Of a stretch of 64,000 nucleotides of DNA, positions 25,563 to 44,600 are shown piece after piece (positions within the stretch are counted from its first letter, which is position 1; the number at the start of each line of letters is the position of its first letter). The notes under the pieces were generated by a model. The model made no database searches. It was not told the origin of the DNA and saw only the letters and a program-made list of their open reading frames with translations. Source of the stretch: the human T2T-CHM13v2.0 reference genome, Homo sapiens. The DNA is taken from NCBI RefSeq assembly GCF_009914755.1, contig NC_060929.1; one strand, written 5' to 3'. The translations under genes were made by a program, and so were the position numbers.

Positions 25563-26529
25563 TGTAAATATGATTCTTAAATATCTCTCCCTAACTTGTG
25601 ATCCCTGGATTTTTCCTGGATTACTATTTCTGTTTTGACTTTTGGTTCTGTTTTCAGTTTCAGAGTGTTACAATTTTCAGATATTCCTAGTAATAATCTA
25701 ATTTTTAAATACATTTTACTTTTTAAAATGAGAATTCAAATAATGTGAAAACTGGATGACAAAAAATTTGAGCATGCTACAAAGGATCTTAGAATTACCA
25801 GTCAAATCTATGCATATCAATAGCTGTTATTATCAGGTAGAAAATTAAAAAAAAAAAATGGTGTGTCTTATATGCCAGTAGGTCATTTTTACCTCTTTAC
25901 CCCTGCAAAAAATTCATGGCTAAAGTAATTATGTTTTCTAGACTCTTCAACAAATTTCAATTGTTTCTTTCATTAAAACATACCTCTGAGATATTTTCCT
26001 TTAATCATTCATTGTATCAACACAAAAACATGTCTTTGATATTTTCCTAGCATAGTCTTAGCACATTTCAGGAAGAAAAATCAATGTTAATTTATCTGCT
26101 AACCCCCATGCGATATTTGCATTGAATTAAAGATATTTTAAAATACTGACACTCGACAAAAAGAGCATGAGATCACTTTGAACTAAATCCCAATATACAG
26201 TAGTCTGCCAAACTTGTCTTCAAATGTAATTAATCTTGAAAATAATCAGCTACGGAAAGCCACAGGCACCTATATTTCTGATATTACAGTCAGATAGCCA
26301 TGAAATAAATCATAGTGACAATTTGGAATATGCATTGTTGATATAGGTTGGCCTTTTTTCTATAAGATAGAATATTGCTGTCCTCTCCAGGAATAGATGC
26401 CAGAAAACTAAAATCAAATTTTAACTGCCGTAAGCTTGCTCAAATGCTCAATTGTCATTCATTAATTTATTGTTGCCCTACTATGTGTGGCAGGAAGCAG
26501 CTGAAATCTAGTGCTCATTCTATTAGCCA

Positions 26530-27057
26530 CATAAGGCTACACCTGTTAGGATGGCTATTATCTAAAATTCAAAAGCTAATAAGTATTAGCAAGGACATGC
26601 AGAAAAGGGAGCCCTTGTGCACTGTTAGTGGGACTATAAATTAGCACGGCCATGATGGAAAAAAAGTACAGAGCTTCTTCAAACAATTAAAAGTAGGAAT
26701 CCATCATTGCACTTTGCGGTATATATACACAGACACACAAGTTTTATATATATAATAGATATCATAGATATCGTGTGTGTGTGTATATATATATATAAAG
26801 GGAGACAAATTGGTATCTCATAGATATCTGCACTCCCACGTTCATTTCAGCGTTATTCACAAAAGCCAACATGTGGGCAACTCAAGTGTCTGCCAGTGGC
26901 TAAATCAATAAAGAATATGTAATATATTAATGTGATATATGAATATCACATATATTTTGTATATATGAATATGATATATTTATGGCATTTTGTATATATT
27001 GCATACATATATGTATGTATAATGAAATATTGTTCAGCCATAAAAATGTAAAAAATT
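26530..27057 (+). mobile_element. L1MA (MA8/9-like), upstream part of host element
   Basis: cacctgttaggatggctattatc...gagcccttgtgcactgtt...aatgaaatattgttcagccataaaaa. Contains TA/TG-rich expansions. Resumes near 33385. Confidence 0.8.
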
Positions 27058-27067
27058 GGGGGGTAGG

Positions 27068-27076
27068 CAAGATGGC
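27068..27076 (-). promoter_or_regulatory. YY1-type site of the L1 5'UTR internal promoter
   Basis: caagatggc about 10 nt inside the L1 5' end, the established position of the L1 YY1 site. The CpG is mutated (ggctg). Confidence 0.6.
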
Positions 27077-28349
27077 TGCCTTCAGAGGTTTCCATTGAAA
27101 AAAAACATAATAAGCATGTGAATCCTCACTGGCAAAATTGACTAGAAGGCTGGCATGACCCACAGAGAGAAGGAAGGGCATGTGGTGCTGCGACCCACCT
27201 GAGAGCCACATGGGGAAGGGAAACCCCCTCCCTGCAGCCGAGGGAGGCAATGAGTGAGTGCTCTACCCACCCGTGGAAACTGTGCTTTTTCCACAGAACT
27301 GTGCAACCCACGGATCAGAAGATACCACTCATGAACTCATGCTACCAGTGCCTAGTGCCCCAACCAGGAATCATGCAGATTCTTACAGCTTCTCAGCTGG
27401 AATCTGCTTAAGCCTACTGAACTCCCAGCAGTGGGGAGGGGGTGGGGCAACCAGCACTGCCTGCAGCTGCCTGCTCTCTAAGCCATTTGAACTCTTTGAG
27501 GAAGGGGCAGCAGCCAGCAGTGGGACTGGCAACTGCCTAACACGCTAAGCTCCCTGGGTGGGGGAGGGGGCGACACCCATTTCTATAGCTCAGGCTGTGC
27601 TTTTCCCCTGCTGGAGCCAGGGATGCTGGACGGCTTGGTCTTAAGACATGTCCCCACAGCCTAACATGCCAGCTGTGGCAGTCAGCGGCCAGAATGCCTC
27701 TTCAGGTCTAACCCTGACCCATCCTTCCTCAGTGGGTGGGGCATCCCTGCAGGATCTCCGGTAACTCCAGCCAGAAGCTCAGGGACAGAATTCGGATCTC
27801 CCTGGGCCTGAGCCCTTAGGAGTAGGGGTGGCCACAGTCGCTGTGGACCAGCAGACTTAGCCTTTCCTCCTGGTAGTTCTGAGGAATCCAGGCAGCCCAG
27901 AGAAGTGGGTTTCCCCCCAGCAAAACACACCGCCTCCACCAAGGGACAAAGTGCTTCTTTAAATGGGCCCTGCTCCCTATGACACCCAACTGGGTGATAT
28001 CTTCCAACAGAGTTTTCAGACACTCTATACAAAAGTGATCCTACTAGGTTGGTGCCTGTCAAGGTCAGAAGTCCCAGAAGAAGGAGGAGGCACTCATCTT
28101 TGCTGCTCTCCAGCTTCCTTGAGTGACATCTCCAAGCATGGGAATGAATCAGATGAATAAGGCCTGAAGCGTACCACCAGCAAACTGCAGCAGCCCTACA
28201 GAACAGGGACCTGCCTATTGAAAGGAAAACAAGCAGAAAGCAACAACAGCATCATCATCAACCACAACAACAACAACAAAAATGTCCCCACAAAAAACCC
28301 ATCCAAAGGTCAGCAGCCTCAAAGACAGAAACTAGACAAACTCAGGTAG

Positions 28350-29325
28350 ATGAGAAAGAATCAGTGAAAAAAACTGCTGAAAATACAAAAGGCCCAGAAT
28401 CGGATAGAGGACAGATGGACAAATTGATGGAAGTAGGCTTCAGAAGGTGGGTAATAAAAAACTAGGATGAGTTAAAAAAGCATGTTCTAACCCAATACAA
28501 AGAAGCTACGAACCTTGGTAAAAAGTTAGAGGAATTGCTAACTAAAATAACCAGTTTAGAGAGGAACATAAACGACCTGATGAAACCGAAAAACACAGCA
28601 CAAGAAGTTTGTGAAGCATACACAAGTATCAACAGCTGAATCAACCAAGCAGAAGAAAGGATATCAGAGTTTGAAGACCACCTTACTGAAATAAGACACA
28701 AAGACAAGAATAGGGAAAAAACAATGAAAATGAATGAACAAAGCTTCCAAGAAATATGGGACTTCATAAAAAGACTGAACCTATGATTGACTGGAGTACC
28801 AGAAGGAGACAGGGAGAATGGAATCAAGCTGGAAAACACACTTCAGGATATTATCTAGGAGAACTTCCCCAACCTAGCAACAAGACAGGCCAACATGCAA
28901 ATTCAGGAAACAGAACACCATTAAGATACTCTATGAGAAGATCAACCCCAAGACACACAATCATCAGATTCTCCAAGGTTGAAATGAGGGAAAAACCATT
29001 AAGGATGGCCAGAGAGAAAGGCCAGGCTACCTACAAAGGGAAGCCCATCAGACTAACAGCACAACTCTCAGAAGAAACTACAAGCCAGAAGAGATTGGGA
29101 ACCAATAATCGACATTCTTAAAGAAAAGAATTTTCAGCCCAGAATTTCACATCCAGCCAAATTAAGCTTCAGAAGCAAAGGAGAAATAAAATTATTTCCA
29201 GACAAGCAAATGTTGAAGGATTTCATTACCACCAGGCCTGCCCTGTAAGAGCTCCTGAAGGAAGCACTAAACATGGAAAGGAAAAACCAGTACCAGCCAC
29301 TGCAAAAACACATCAAAATATAAAG
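28350..29325 (+). pseudogene. L1 ORF1p remnant (stops and frameshifts)
   Basis: ATG at 28350 with a stop a few codons later. ORF 28756-29121 contains RRSTPRHTIIRFSKVEMREKPLRMAREKGQATYKGKPIRLTA (ORF1p RRM/CTD region). Confidence 0.85.
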
Positions 29326-29383
29326 ACCGATGACACTACAAAGAAACTGTGTCAGCTAGTGTGCAAAATAACCAGATAACATT

Positions 29384-33203
<3,820 letters not shown>

Positions 33204-33384
33204 ACACTGAGAACCCATGGACACAGAGAGGGGAACAACACACACCAGGGCTTGTTGGGGGTAGGGAGTGAGGGGAGAGAACTTAGAGGATATGGGGGAT
33301 GGCACAGGTGTCCCTATGTAACAAACCTGCACGTTCTGCACATGTGCCCTGATGTTTTTTAGAAGAAATAAAGGGAAAAAAATT

Positions 33385-33840
33385 AAAAATTCTGCCATAT
33401 GCAACAACATTGATGAAGCTAGAAGACATTGTGTTAAGTCAAGTAAGCCAGACATAGAAAGACAAATACTGCATAATTTCACTTATATGTGGAATGTTAA
33501 AAAGCTGATTTTATAGAAACAGAATAGAAGGGTGATTACAAGGGGTCGGGGGTGGGATAAAATGGGGAGATGTTAGCCAGAGTAGAAACTTTAGTTATAA
33601 GATGAACAAGTGTTGGAGGCCTCATACACAGCATGATGACTACAGTTAATAAAATGTACTATGCTTGGCATTGGCTAAAGGAGTAGATCTTAAATATTCT
33701 CATCACATACACACAAAAAAGGTAATAATGTAATGTGTGGACATATTAATTAGCTTGATTATGGTAATTATTTCACAATCACATAGTGTACCTTAAATAT
33801 ATACAATTTTTTTGGTGAATTACACTTTAGTAAACTGGAA
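33385..33840 (+). mobile_element. L1MA (MA8/9-like), downstream part of host element
   Basis: aaattctgccatatgcaacaacattgatga...gacaaatactgcat...agtagatcttaaatattctcatcac...taaactggaa continues the sequence interrupted at 27057. Confidence 0.8.
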
Positions 33841-35339
33841 ACGGTATAATCTAAAAGATATTCCTTTTTAGTTTTTCCACAAAAAAATGCCCTTGTTATT
33901 TCAAAAATTATGCATAAATGTTAAGCCTATCAAAAATGGTTTTAACATAGCATTATTTCCTTTTAAAATTAAATTTATTACTCATAAATGAGTGTATTAA
34001 ATATGAATTGTTGCACTTTGGGTAAGTAAGTTTAATTAAATGTTGTTATTTTTAAAGTGACAAATATATCTTACACAAGACAGTTTTCCTTTAAATGTGT
34101 ATATTTTTGTATCTTAGCATGTCCTAGTGTGTTTATTTGTATATATGTATACATATGTTTAAATATATATGCAGATATATGCATACATACATAGACATTA
34201 GCATGAGTACATATACATTCAAATCTATTTTAAATTCAGACTTTGAGCCTGTCATTGTGTTTGAACTTATGTCATTGCTGAATTTGTTCTAAAGCGGTGA
34301 ACCTATTGATACTTTAAAAATTAATTAATAATCTAAGTGAGTTCATTATCATTTAAGATTTATTTTAGCTACACATTTTAATATTCTGTTTTTGTTGCAG
34401 AGCTATTTAGACACAGCCATTCATGGATAATAAGTCATTTATTCCTCATTAACTGTTAGGATGGATGTGGATATTCATTACAGCCAGACAACAGACTCAT
34501 TTAACTGAGTACAGTACACGATTATATACCACCCCAATGACTAGAATGCAAATTCCATCTCACATTAGTTTTCTTTTACTTAAGTATTTGCCATTCACTC
34601 ATATATATTTCCTTTGCTACTTCACTGACAGATCACTGAGTTTTTATTTTAAATAGAAAAAAAAGAAGGAATAAAAACACAAATGTTGACAGTGAAAAGT
34701 ATATAATTTAGAAGGATGATTCTATCTGCTGTGACTCACATGGACTCTTAAAATTTGTGTATGATACCATGCTTCTCTTGTTGCAAATTTACGCCCTAGT
34801 CAGCTTAACCTTAAACCAGATGAGTTTCAGCCTTAAAAATGCAGAAGTCCTTAACAAATCATCATTGAAGTGGTCACAGCTAGGAACTTTAGTGAGCCTT
34901 CAATAAAATGCAAGAATTTGCTGCCTCTCTTTCACAAGAGATAGAGTATCAGTTTAAATTGCATGAAGGGATATTAAAAAGTGCATTTATAATTTATTTT
35001 ATAAAATTAGCATTTATAAATTAGCATGTGTGCAGAAAACAAACATTTCTCATGTTACTTTATTTTACTATATAGCTAGCAGTTTTCATCCCCAAATTTA
35101 TAAGTGGCAAATTATTTTGTTAACAGAATATGCTGAAAATATGGGTAACTTGATGTCATTTGATGAAGGCTCGTTCTTAATTTTAACTCAGTGCAATCTA
35201 TCATGTGCACTTATGGTTTTTACAAACACGATAAAGTGTTTTTTAGGTCTTATCATTTTGCTATTTCCCTCAATCCAGTTTCACATTATATCAATGTTAG
35301 CATGAGTATGTTCCATTGTCGCTATATGTATATCTAGTA

Positions 35340-35828
35340 CTTACTATTGCACATCCAACTGGCTCTTACATTCCAAGATTCTTACAACTGCCTTTCTGTC
35401 ACTACAGACAATCTTGCAATGGGCACCCTTGTATGTGTCTACTTACAGGAATGTACAAGGATTTTTGTTTTACTTTTTTGGAGAGAGACATACCCATGAG
35501 AAGTAGAAATGTCATCTTGTTGATGTGTATACTTAATTTGTCTAAATACTGCCAGGTAACATTCTTGAATGGCCACACTATATGCGCTTTCACCAATTGG
35601 ATGGTTCCTACTTCCCAAGAGACCATCAATGCTCCCTACCATCCATTTATATTTGCCAATCTAAATGTTTAAAACGACAACTTATCATAATTTCAATTTT
35701 CAGTTCTACAATTGGTAAGAAATACACACATCTACTCACAACCCAATTAGCATTTTGGGTTTTATTTTCTATAATTTCCCTGTTTATGTAGCTTATCTTT
35801 TGTTCAATTTAGTGTTCTGTCTTCTTAT
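35340..35828 (-). mobile_element. Very old L1 (L1ME-like) fragment
   Basis: atacccatgagaagtagaaatg...aatactgccaggt...tttgccaatct...ccaattagcatt resemble antisense late ORF2. Confidence 0.45.
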
Positions 35829-37246
35829 TTTTTTTAAATAAACATTGTATTTAGGATAGTTTTACATTTACAGAAAATTTGTGAAGGTAGAACAGAGTCT
35901 CCATATACCTCCACACCTTGTTTCTCCTATTGTTAACATCGTAGTTTTGTATGGTGCATTTTTATGGTGCGTTTAATGAATAGATGTTGACACTTTATTA
36001 ATAGTTAAAGTCCATATTTATTCAAATTTCCTTAATTTTCACCCAATATCGTGTTTTTTTTTTTTTTTTTTTTTTTGTTTAAGGACCTCATGCAAGATTG
36101 TTTATCACAGTATTAGCCATGTTTTGCTAGATTTCTCCTGGCTGTGACACTGTCGTTTATATTCTAAACAGTTTTGAATCCTGGTCAGAAACTTTGTCAC
36201 ATTCACCCTTGATATAATGTGACAATAGAACTTTATCTATTGTTATTGTTGATAAGCCATCAATATGACTTATCACTGTTTCTATTGAGCTTCATTACTT
36301 AGTAGAACTAGAGTTTGGTAGGTTTTTCCACTGTTAGTTTGTTTTGCCCTTTTCCCTATTGTGCACTTTGGAAGGAAGTCATTATATGCAGCCCACAATT
36401 AGGGAATGGGAGGTTATGCTGCACTTCGTTGAGTCTAGAGCATGTATATAATTTTTTTTTTAATTCTTCTGCAAAAATACACACTGATTTCCACATTGTT
36501 TGATTTCTACAACCGTTTACTTATATAAGTATGGACTTAAAAATATTTATTTTTTACTTTGTAAAGATACAGACCTATACACTACACTATTACATTTTGG
36601 CTCCAATTGTTCTGATTGGAGGCATTGGAAGCTTTTTCAGTTGGCTCCTCTGTCTTTTTAACATGCCCCATCATTTTGTTTATTTTTTTTCTCAATTTCT
36701 GGCCCCGCAAAATATTTCAAGTTCATTTTTTTTTCTTGCACCATCCTTGAGTCAGCTGTTTCATGCAAAAGACCTGGTTCCTTTTATTGAAGAAAAGTAT
36801 TAGAAACAAGATCTAGGTGTTATTATGTGTTCACATTAATATTCTTTGTCATTGCTTCTAGGCACTTTCAGCTGACAGAACTAGGAAATACATTTGTGTA
36901 TCACAATAGATGTATATGCACATATATAAATATTGCTATGTGTTTCCATCTGTATCTACATTCAGTTAAACATGAATTTATTCTGATACCTCTAACTCTA
37001 ATCCATCACCACATGGATCCTTCTAGCTTCCTTGTTTATCTGTAACTTGTCATTCCAGTACTGAGGAACCTGTCTCCCGCCATCCACCATCCATTTACTT
37101 GTTCCTTCAATACCTGTATAGATATTTCAAAACTGATAAATCCTCCTTCTATGGGAAACAATATCAACTAGAGTGTGGCGAACAATACAGCTTCCTTTGC
37201 CTTTAGTTTTACAGAGTCCACAGTCCACTCACTTTTAAAATAGCAT

Positions 37247-37553
<307 letters not shown>

Positions 37554-39488
37554 TTATTTTCCTTGCAATCCTCACTCCTCAAATAAGATTTTGTACTTTT
37601 GTAATAAGTTACATGTTTTTCACATTTCACCTTTACTCCTGGATCTCCTAATTTTCTAAATAAATTTTATTATAATTGATTATGGTTTCTTCTTTATACT
37701 GTAAAATTCTATGGGTTTTCACACATTCATAATTTCATTTACAAAAATGAAAAAATACAGTATCATAATAAATTCACCACCCTCAAAAATCTCCTTGTTT
37801 TATTAATTCAATCTCCTCTCTCTACCTTCTCCATTTATACCACTAGCAAGTATTACCTTTTAGGTTTTGTGTTTTCCAGAATGATATATAGCTGGAATCA
37901 TACATATTCTTTTCAGACTGGCTTCCTTCACTTATCAATTGTTTTAACATTCATTCATGTTGCTTCAGAAATTGATAGCTCAATTTTTTTTGTCAGTGAA
38001 TAATATTCAACTGTATGAATAGAACCATTTGTTCTTTGACCTATTGAAAGGCCTTTTGGTTGCTTCCAATTTGCAGGGGGTGGGTGGGAAAGGGGCTGGA
38101 TAAAGTTGCTATAAACATTTTCATGCAGGTTTTTGTGTGAGCATAACTTTTCAAATCATTTATGTGACTATCTAGAAGTGTAATTATATGCAATTGTATG
38201 GTAAGACTGTTTACCTTTGTAAGAAATTGCCCAACTGTTTTCCAAAGTTACTGTACTACTTTGCATTCCCACCAGAATGAAGGAGAGGTTTGGTTGCTCT
38301 GTATCCTCACCATCAATATGTATTGCCAGGCTTGGGATCTTAAAGCTATTCTCATAGGAGTGTAAAGGCATATCATTATTGTTTTAATTTGCAATTCCCT
38401 AATTACAAACGCTGATGAACATCTTTTCATTTGTATATTTGTCATCTGTATACCTTCTTTGGCAACTTATATGTTCAAATCATAAATGGGCATATATTTT
38501 GCTCACATATTAATTGTGCTATTTGTCTCATTGTTTAATTTTAAGGCTTTGTTTTATATTTTTATACAATTCTTCATCAAATATTATTTCCAATATTTGC
38601 TCTGAGTCTATGGTTTGTCTTTTCATTCTCTTAAGAGTGTCTTTTGCTCAGCAAAAGTTTTTAAACTTTAATAAAATCTAACATTTCAATTTTTTTGCTT
38701 AATGAATTGTGCTTTTGGTGTTTTATCTGAAAACTCATCACCAAACCTGAGGTAACAAATCATATCCCATATTTTATTCTGGATGTTTTATAGTTTTGCA
38801 TTTCACATTTAGTTCTGTAATCTTTTTGGCTTAACTTCTTAGAAAATTATAATTTTTTTTGCCTAAGTTCAATTTTACATATGGATGTTCAATTATTCCA
38901 GCACCAGTTTTTGAGTACTATATTTTCTCTATTGAATTGCCTTTGCTCCTATGTCAGCGACTATATTTTTGTTGACAATTTTGTTGTGAACCGGTTTTTT
39001 GGTTCTGTCTTCTGTTACATTCATCTCTGTATCTGTTTCTTTGCTAATACCATACTGTTTTTATTACCATAGCTTTGTAGTAAGTTATGAAACCTGGTAG
39101 TGTGAACTCTTGAACTTTGTCTGTTTTCTTCAATATTTTGTTGCTTCTTCTAGGCCTTATGTCTGTCTATATAAATTTTAGAATCAGTTTGTTTTGAATG
39201 TCTACAAAATAATTTCCTGGGATAGGGATTATATTGAATTCATAGATTTATTTGGGATTATACTGAATTCATAGGTAAAATTTGAAAGAATTGACATTTT
39301 TAATAATATCAGTTCTTCTAAACCATGTTCATGGACTATGTCCCATTTATTTAGATTTTCTGTTATTTCCCTCACCAGAGTTTTGTAGTTTTCCACATTT
39401 TGTTAGATTTATATCTATGGATGTATTTATTAATTCTATAATTATGTATTTAAAATTCTAATCTTAGTAACATTGAAAAGCAATGTTA

Positions 39489-39807
<319 letters not shown>

Positions 39808-40037
39808 TTAGAAAAGCAATTAATGTAATAAATAATATATATTGATTTTCAAATGTTGAAGCTGCCTTGCATACCTGAAATAAATTACACATGGTCTTGG
39901 TGAATAATCCTGTTTATGCTTTTTTAGATAAAGTTGATAATATTTTGTTAAAAATATTTGCAAGCCTGTTCATGAAAATATTAATGTGTAAAATGTGTAG
40001 ATTTTATTTTTTATAATATATTTATCTGTTTTGGTAT

Positions 40038-40402
40038 TATAGCAGAACGAGCCACAGACAAAACCCCTCAGACACCGGGTTAAAGAAGGAAGAGGCTTTA
40101 TTCGGCTGGGAGCATTGGCAGACTTGCGTCTCAAGAACCAAGCTCTCCAAAGAAAAAGTTCCTGGCCCTTTTAAGGGCTTACAACTCTAAGGGTGTCCAC
40201 GTGAAAGGGTCGTGACAGATTGAGCAAGTGATCTATAGGTAACACATGTGGTCAGAGTGTGGGGGGGTTAATCTTTAACCTCAGGCCTGATCAGTGGCAC
40301 TGGTTGGTCTTGCCACTGACTTCATTCCTGTTGTTTTTCAGCTTTTACTTCCTCTTCCTCTTCAGAGACAGGAGGCAGTAAGAGAAATGGCCTCTCTCCT
40401 CA
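40038..40402 (-). mobile_element. ERV1 solo LTR (MER61A-like)
   Basis: Minus strand starts TGAGGAGAGAGGCC and ends GGCTCGTTCTGCTATA. AATAAA (tttatt near 40098) and cttaaaa TATA-like motif. 4-bp TSD gtat at 40034-40037 and 40403-40406. Confidence 0.8.
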
Positions 40403-42224
40403 GTATTAAGGGAATACTGTTCTGAAAAAAATAAGAAGTGTTTCCTCTGCTCCCATTTTCTGAGCAGATTGTAAAGAATTGATATTGTTTATTCATTAAT
40501 TGTTTGGTAGAATTCACCAGTGAAATAATAAACTATGCCTGGTACTTTTTCTAGGGGGTGGGAAGGTTATTAATTTTATATATACAGTTGTATTCGTGTT
40601 ATATGTTTATTTTTGTGTGTGGTTGCTAGTTCACGTCTTCATGAAATTCATACATTTCATCTAATTCATCAAATTTATGAAATTAGAGTGGTTTGTACCA
40701 TTCCTCTATCATCCTCTTAACATCCATAAGATCATTAATCATTACTCCTCTTTAATTTCTGATATTAATATTTGTAGTCCTTTCTATTCTTTGTTATCTT
40801 GGCTAGATGTTTATTTATTTTTTTGATCTTTTGAAAGAACCATCTTTTAGTTTTATTAATGTTCTCTATTTTTTTGTTTTTATTTTCATTGATTTCTACT
40901 TTAATTGAATCATTTATTTTCTTTTGCTTGTTTTAGAGTTAACTTCTTTTAGCCTAAGGTAAATCTTATATTATTCATTTTAGATCTTTCTTCTTGTCTA
41001 ATGTGAGTGCTTAAGTGCCTTAATTTTTCCTGTAATTACTGCTATCACTGCATTTCATAATTTTGATATATCATAGTTTTATATACATCTAATCTAAAAT
41101 ACTTGTTAACTTTGAGACTTCTTAAACCGTTGCTATTTAGAAATGTTATTTACTTTACCAATATTTGAGGAATGTTCCAGCTATTTTCCTGATATTGATT
41201 TTTAGTTTAATTATATATTCTGACACACTTTACAGCTTTTTATTACTTAAAATTTGTTAACATGTGTTTTATGGCCTCTATATTGGTGAATATTTAGTGT
41301 GAGCTTGAGAAGAATGTGTATTTTGCTGTTGTTTAATGTTGTATATCAGTTATATAGGTAGATTGACATAGTTATTCAGGTCAGCTCTAGCTTTACCAAT
41401 TTTCTGCCTGCTTGTCTTACAAATTACTGATAAAAGGATGTTGAAATCTTTGGCTATCATAGTGGATAAGTCTATTTCTCCTATCAGTTTTGACGCTGAA
41501 CAGTAATTTGAAGCTCTGTTGTTAGCTGCATACTTGCTTAGGATTAATATATCTTTTTGGAGAAGTGACCTATTTATAATTATTTAATGCCCCTCTTTTA
41601 CACTCATATGTTTTCAGTTTATAGGGTTTGATTTTTATAAAATTAATATAACTACAGGTTTATTTTGATTAGTGTTAGCAGTCTGTATATTTCTCCATCC
41701 TAGTGTTTATTTATTATTTGGATTTTTATAGACAACATATAGTTGGTCTTTTTTTTTTAATAAGTAACCTGACATTCTGTGGCATTTAATTGATGTGCTC
41801 ACCATTGACATTTGAAGTGATTATTAATATCAATGGATTAATATTTGCCATGTTTGAAACAGTTTTCTATTTCTGGTATTTTTTCTTTCTTTCTCCTTTC
41901 CCCTGATCTATTTTGGCCTTTGCTGGCATGAATTTAGTATTTTATATGATTCTATTACATCTTCCCTACTGTGATATCAATTTTCTCTTCATTTAAAAAC
42001 TTTGTTTAGTAGCTTCTTAAGAGGTTCCAATACAAATTTAAATGAACATAAGTCCACTTATATTACTGCACATAAAGGTTTATTCTCATTCTCTTTCTTG
42101 AGGTACTTATGATGTTGTTGTCATTCCTATTGGTTATTCTTATGTTTTATCACCCATTGCATTGGTGCTATTATGACATTAACAAACAATTATCATTTTG
42201 ATCAATTAAGAATAAAAGATTATA

Positions 42225-42543
<319 letters not shown>

Positions 42544-43799
42544 TTACCTGTATTCATTACTTCACTGGCATTCTTCTTTTCTTTAAGTATTTTCTGACTT
42601 ATATTATCCTTTTTTCTCCTTAAAAACTTATTTTAACATTTCTTGTAGACCAGATTTGTTGGCAATTATTTCCTTCAGTTTTTGTTTGTTAGGAAACTAT
42701 TTCTTCTTCAAATTTGAATGGTAATTTAATTAGATATCTAATTTTATGTTGGTATTTTCCTTCAACACTTTAAATATTTCACGTTCCCCCCTTACTTGCA
42801 TGATTACTGATGAGCAGCCCACTGAAATTCCTATCCTTCTACCTTTCTAGGTAAGGTGTTTATTTTCTCTGGCTTTGTTTAAGATTTTGCATTTATTTCC
42901 ACAAACAGCTTTCTGCACTTTGAATATAACATGCCTAGGTATATATATATATATTTAATTCTACTTGATATTCTCTGAGCTTCCTAGATGGAATTTTTGC
43001 TGTTGGTATTAATTTTGATAAGTTCTAAGTTTCTGGTTCCTCTTTTTTCTCTTTGTTATTCCATTATTCCATATTTAGGTTACATCTTTTTAGATTTTTC
43101 CCATAGTTATTGAATGTTCTGTTCTACTTTTTTTCCTCCTATTTCTTTTCTTTTTTTTGCCTTTCCATTGATTCTTTCCTTGGCCATCAAAGATATCTTT
43201 CATTTCTATTAAATATTGTTTTGTTTTAATTTCTAGCATTCCCTTTTTATTCTTAGATTTTTCTATATTTCTACTTATATTTCATATCTGTTCCTGCCTG
43301 TCATTTACTATTATAGTCTTTAACATATTAATCATAGCTACTATAAATTATCTCGCTGATAATTCCAAAATCTGTGTCATATCTGAGTCTGGTTCCATGA
43401 TTACTTTGTCTTCTTACACTGTTTTTTTTTTTTCTTGTCATTTGGCATGCCATGTAATTTTTTTGTTGTCTCCCTCCTTGACTTTGGACGTCTCTACAAA
43501 CTCCTTTTCAGAAAGAGTTTGTGTCTTTCAGCACTTTTCAAGTTGCAGTCCCCTGAAAATATCTGACCCTTGTTGATACGATAGTAATTTAGTATTGCAT
43601 AATATTTCATAGTCCTGTGATTAATTTCCAGTCTACATCTTGAAGTGTTGACATTAACAAATGTTTTACAGTTCTTCCTTCCTCAATTAATATGAGTGAA
43701 CAGTAGAGGTGTCTGGTGTTAGATAAATACCCTTTCCCTAGGTGGGTTAGGGTTCTAATAAAGTCTTTTTCAATTTAAATTAGAACTTTGGAGTATTTA

Positions 43800-44600
43800 T
43801 TAATTCATATTATAATCAATGTTTTATTAGAATTTTAAACTTATTTGTCCAAGCGTCTGCTATATTCTCGCTTAAGTTAATTATTATACACATAGTTCTT
43901 ATTGATATTATGAAAGGTATATTTTTACAATTTATGTTTTCTAGTTGGTTAGAGATATGTTACCAGTATTTGTAAGCCCGTGCTTCATCTAGAAAATTTG
44001 TCAAACACTTTTACTTGCTTTCTTAGTTTATTTCTTAACTGTTGACTTCGCTAATTGAGATATTGTTAGCTAATTAAAAAGTGTGCAGCCCTCCTCTTCC
44101 AATCCTCACAAAACTTTGCTTTGTTGTGCTAGTAATGACAGTACAAATAATTCAATGATAGTAGACATTGTTTCCTTGCTCTCAAAGAATGTATCTAAAA
44201 AACAAAAAGTATCTCTAATAAGTATAATGTCTGTTATATTTTCTTTTTTGGCATGTAATTATAACCAAATTAAAAAATTCTCTCCCAGTCTTTATTCGCT
44301 AAATAATTTAAGTCATAAAAAAGTGTTGAAATTCATAAAGTAATTTGTTTACATTATTTGAAATTATGGTATGGCTATATGTTGTCCATTAATTTTCTAA
44401 TTTATGTTATTAGGTTTTCTGATGTGAGAGAAGCTTTGTGTTTCTGGAATAAATGCTGCTTAATCATGATGCTTTATTTGTATACTGTTAAACTCACTGG
44501 TTCACCGCATACTTTTTAATATGTAAGGATTCAGTTGAATCAATAATCCTTCACTTATATTCATAAGTTAAATGGGCTTTTGATTTTCTTTATTATAATG
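43800..44600 (-). mobile_element. Very old L1 (L1ME-like) ORF2 fragment
   Basis: gtagacattgtttccttgctct, aagtataatgtctgtt and ttttctgatgtg...tttctggaataaatgctgcttaatcatgatg resemble the antisense RT region. Confidence 0.45.

Noticed and set aside
27682-28062. 126-aa antisense ORF in the L1 5'UTR (ORF0-like?)
   Set aside because: It starts at TTG, shows no recognisable similarity to ORF0, and long stop-free frames are expected in GC-rich UTR sequence.
33542-33568. Four G-runs that could form a G-quadruplex
   Set aside because: This is the normal G-rich tract of an L1 3'UTR, so it is already explained.
39225-39282. 29-bp period tandem duplication (gggattataYtgaattcatag)
   Set aside because: An ordinary slippage duplication in decayed L1, with no further structure.
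40038-40402. Possible p53 response element, since MER61 LTRs are known p53-site carriers
   Set aside because: I could not find two adjacent RRRCWWGYYY half-sites in this copy.
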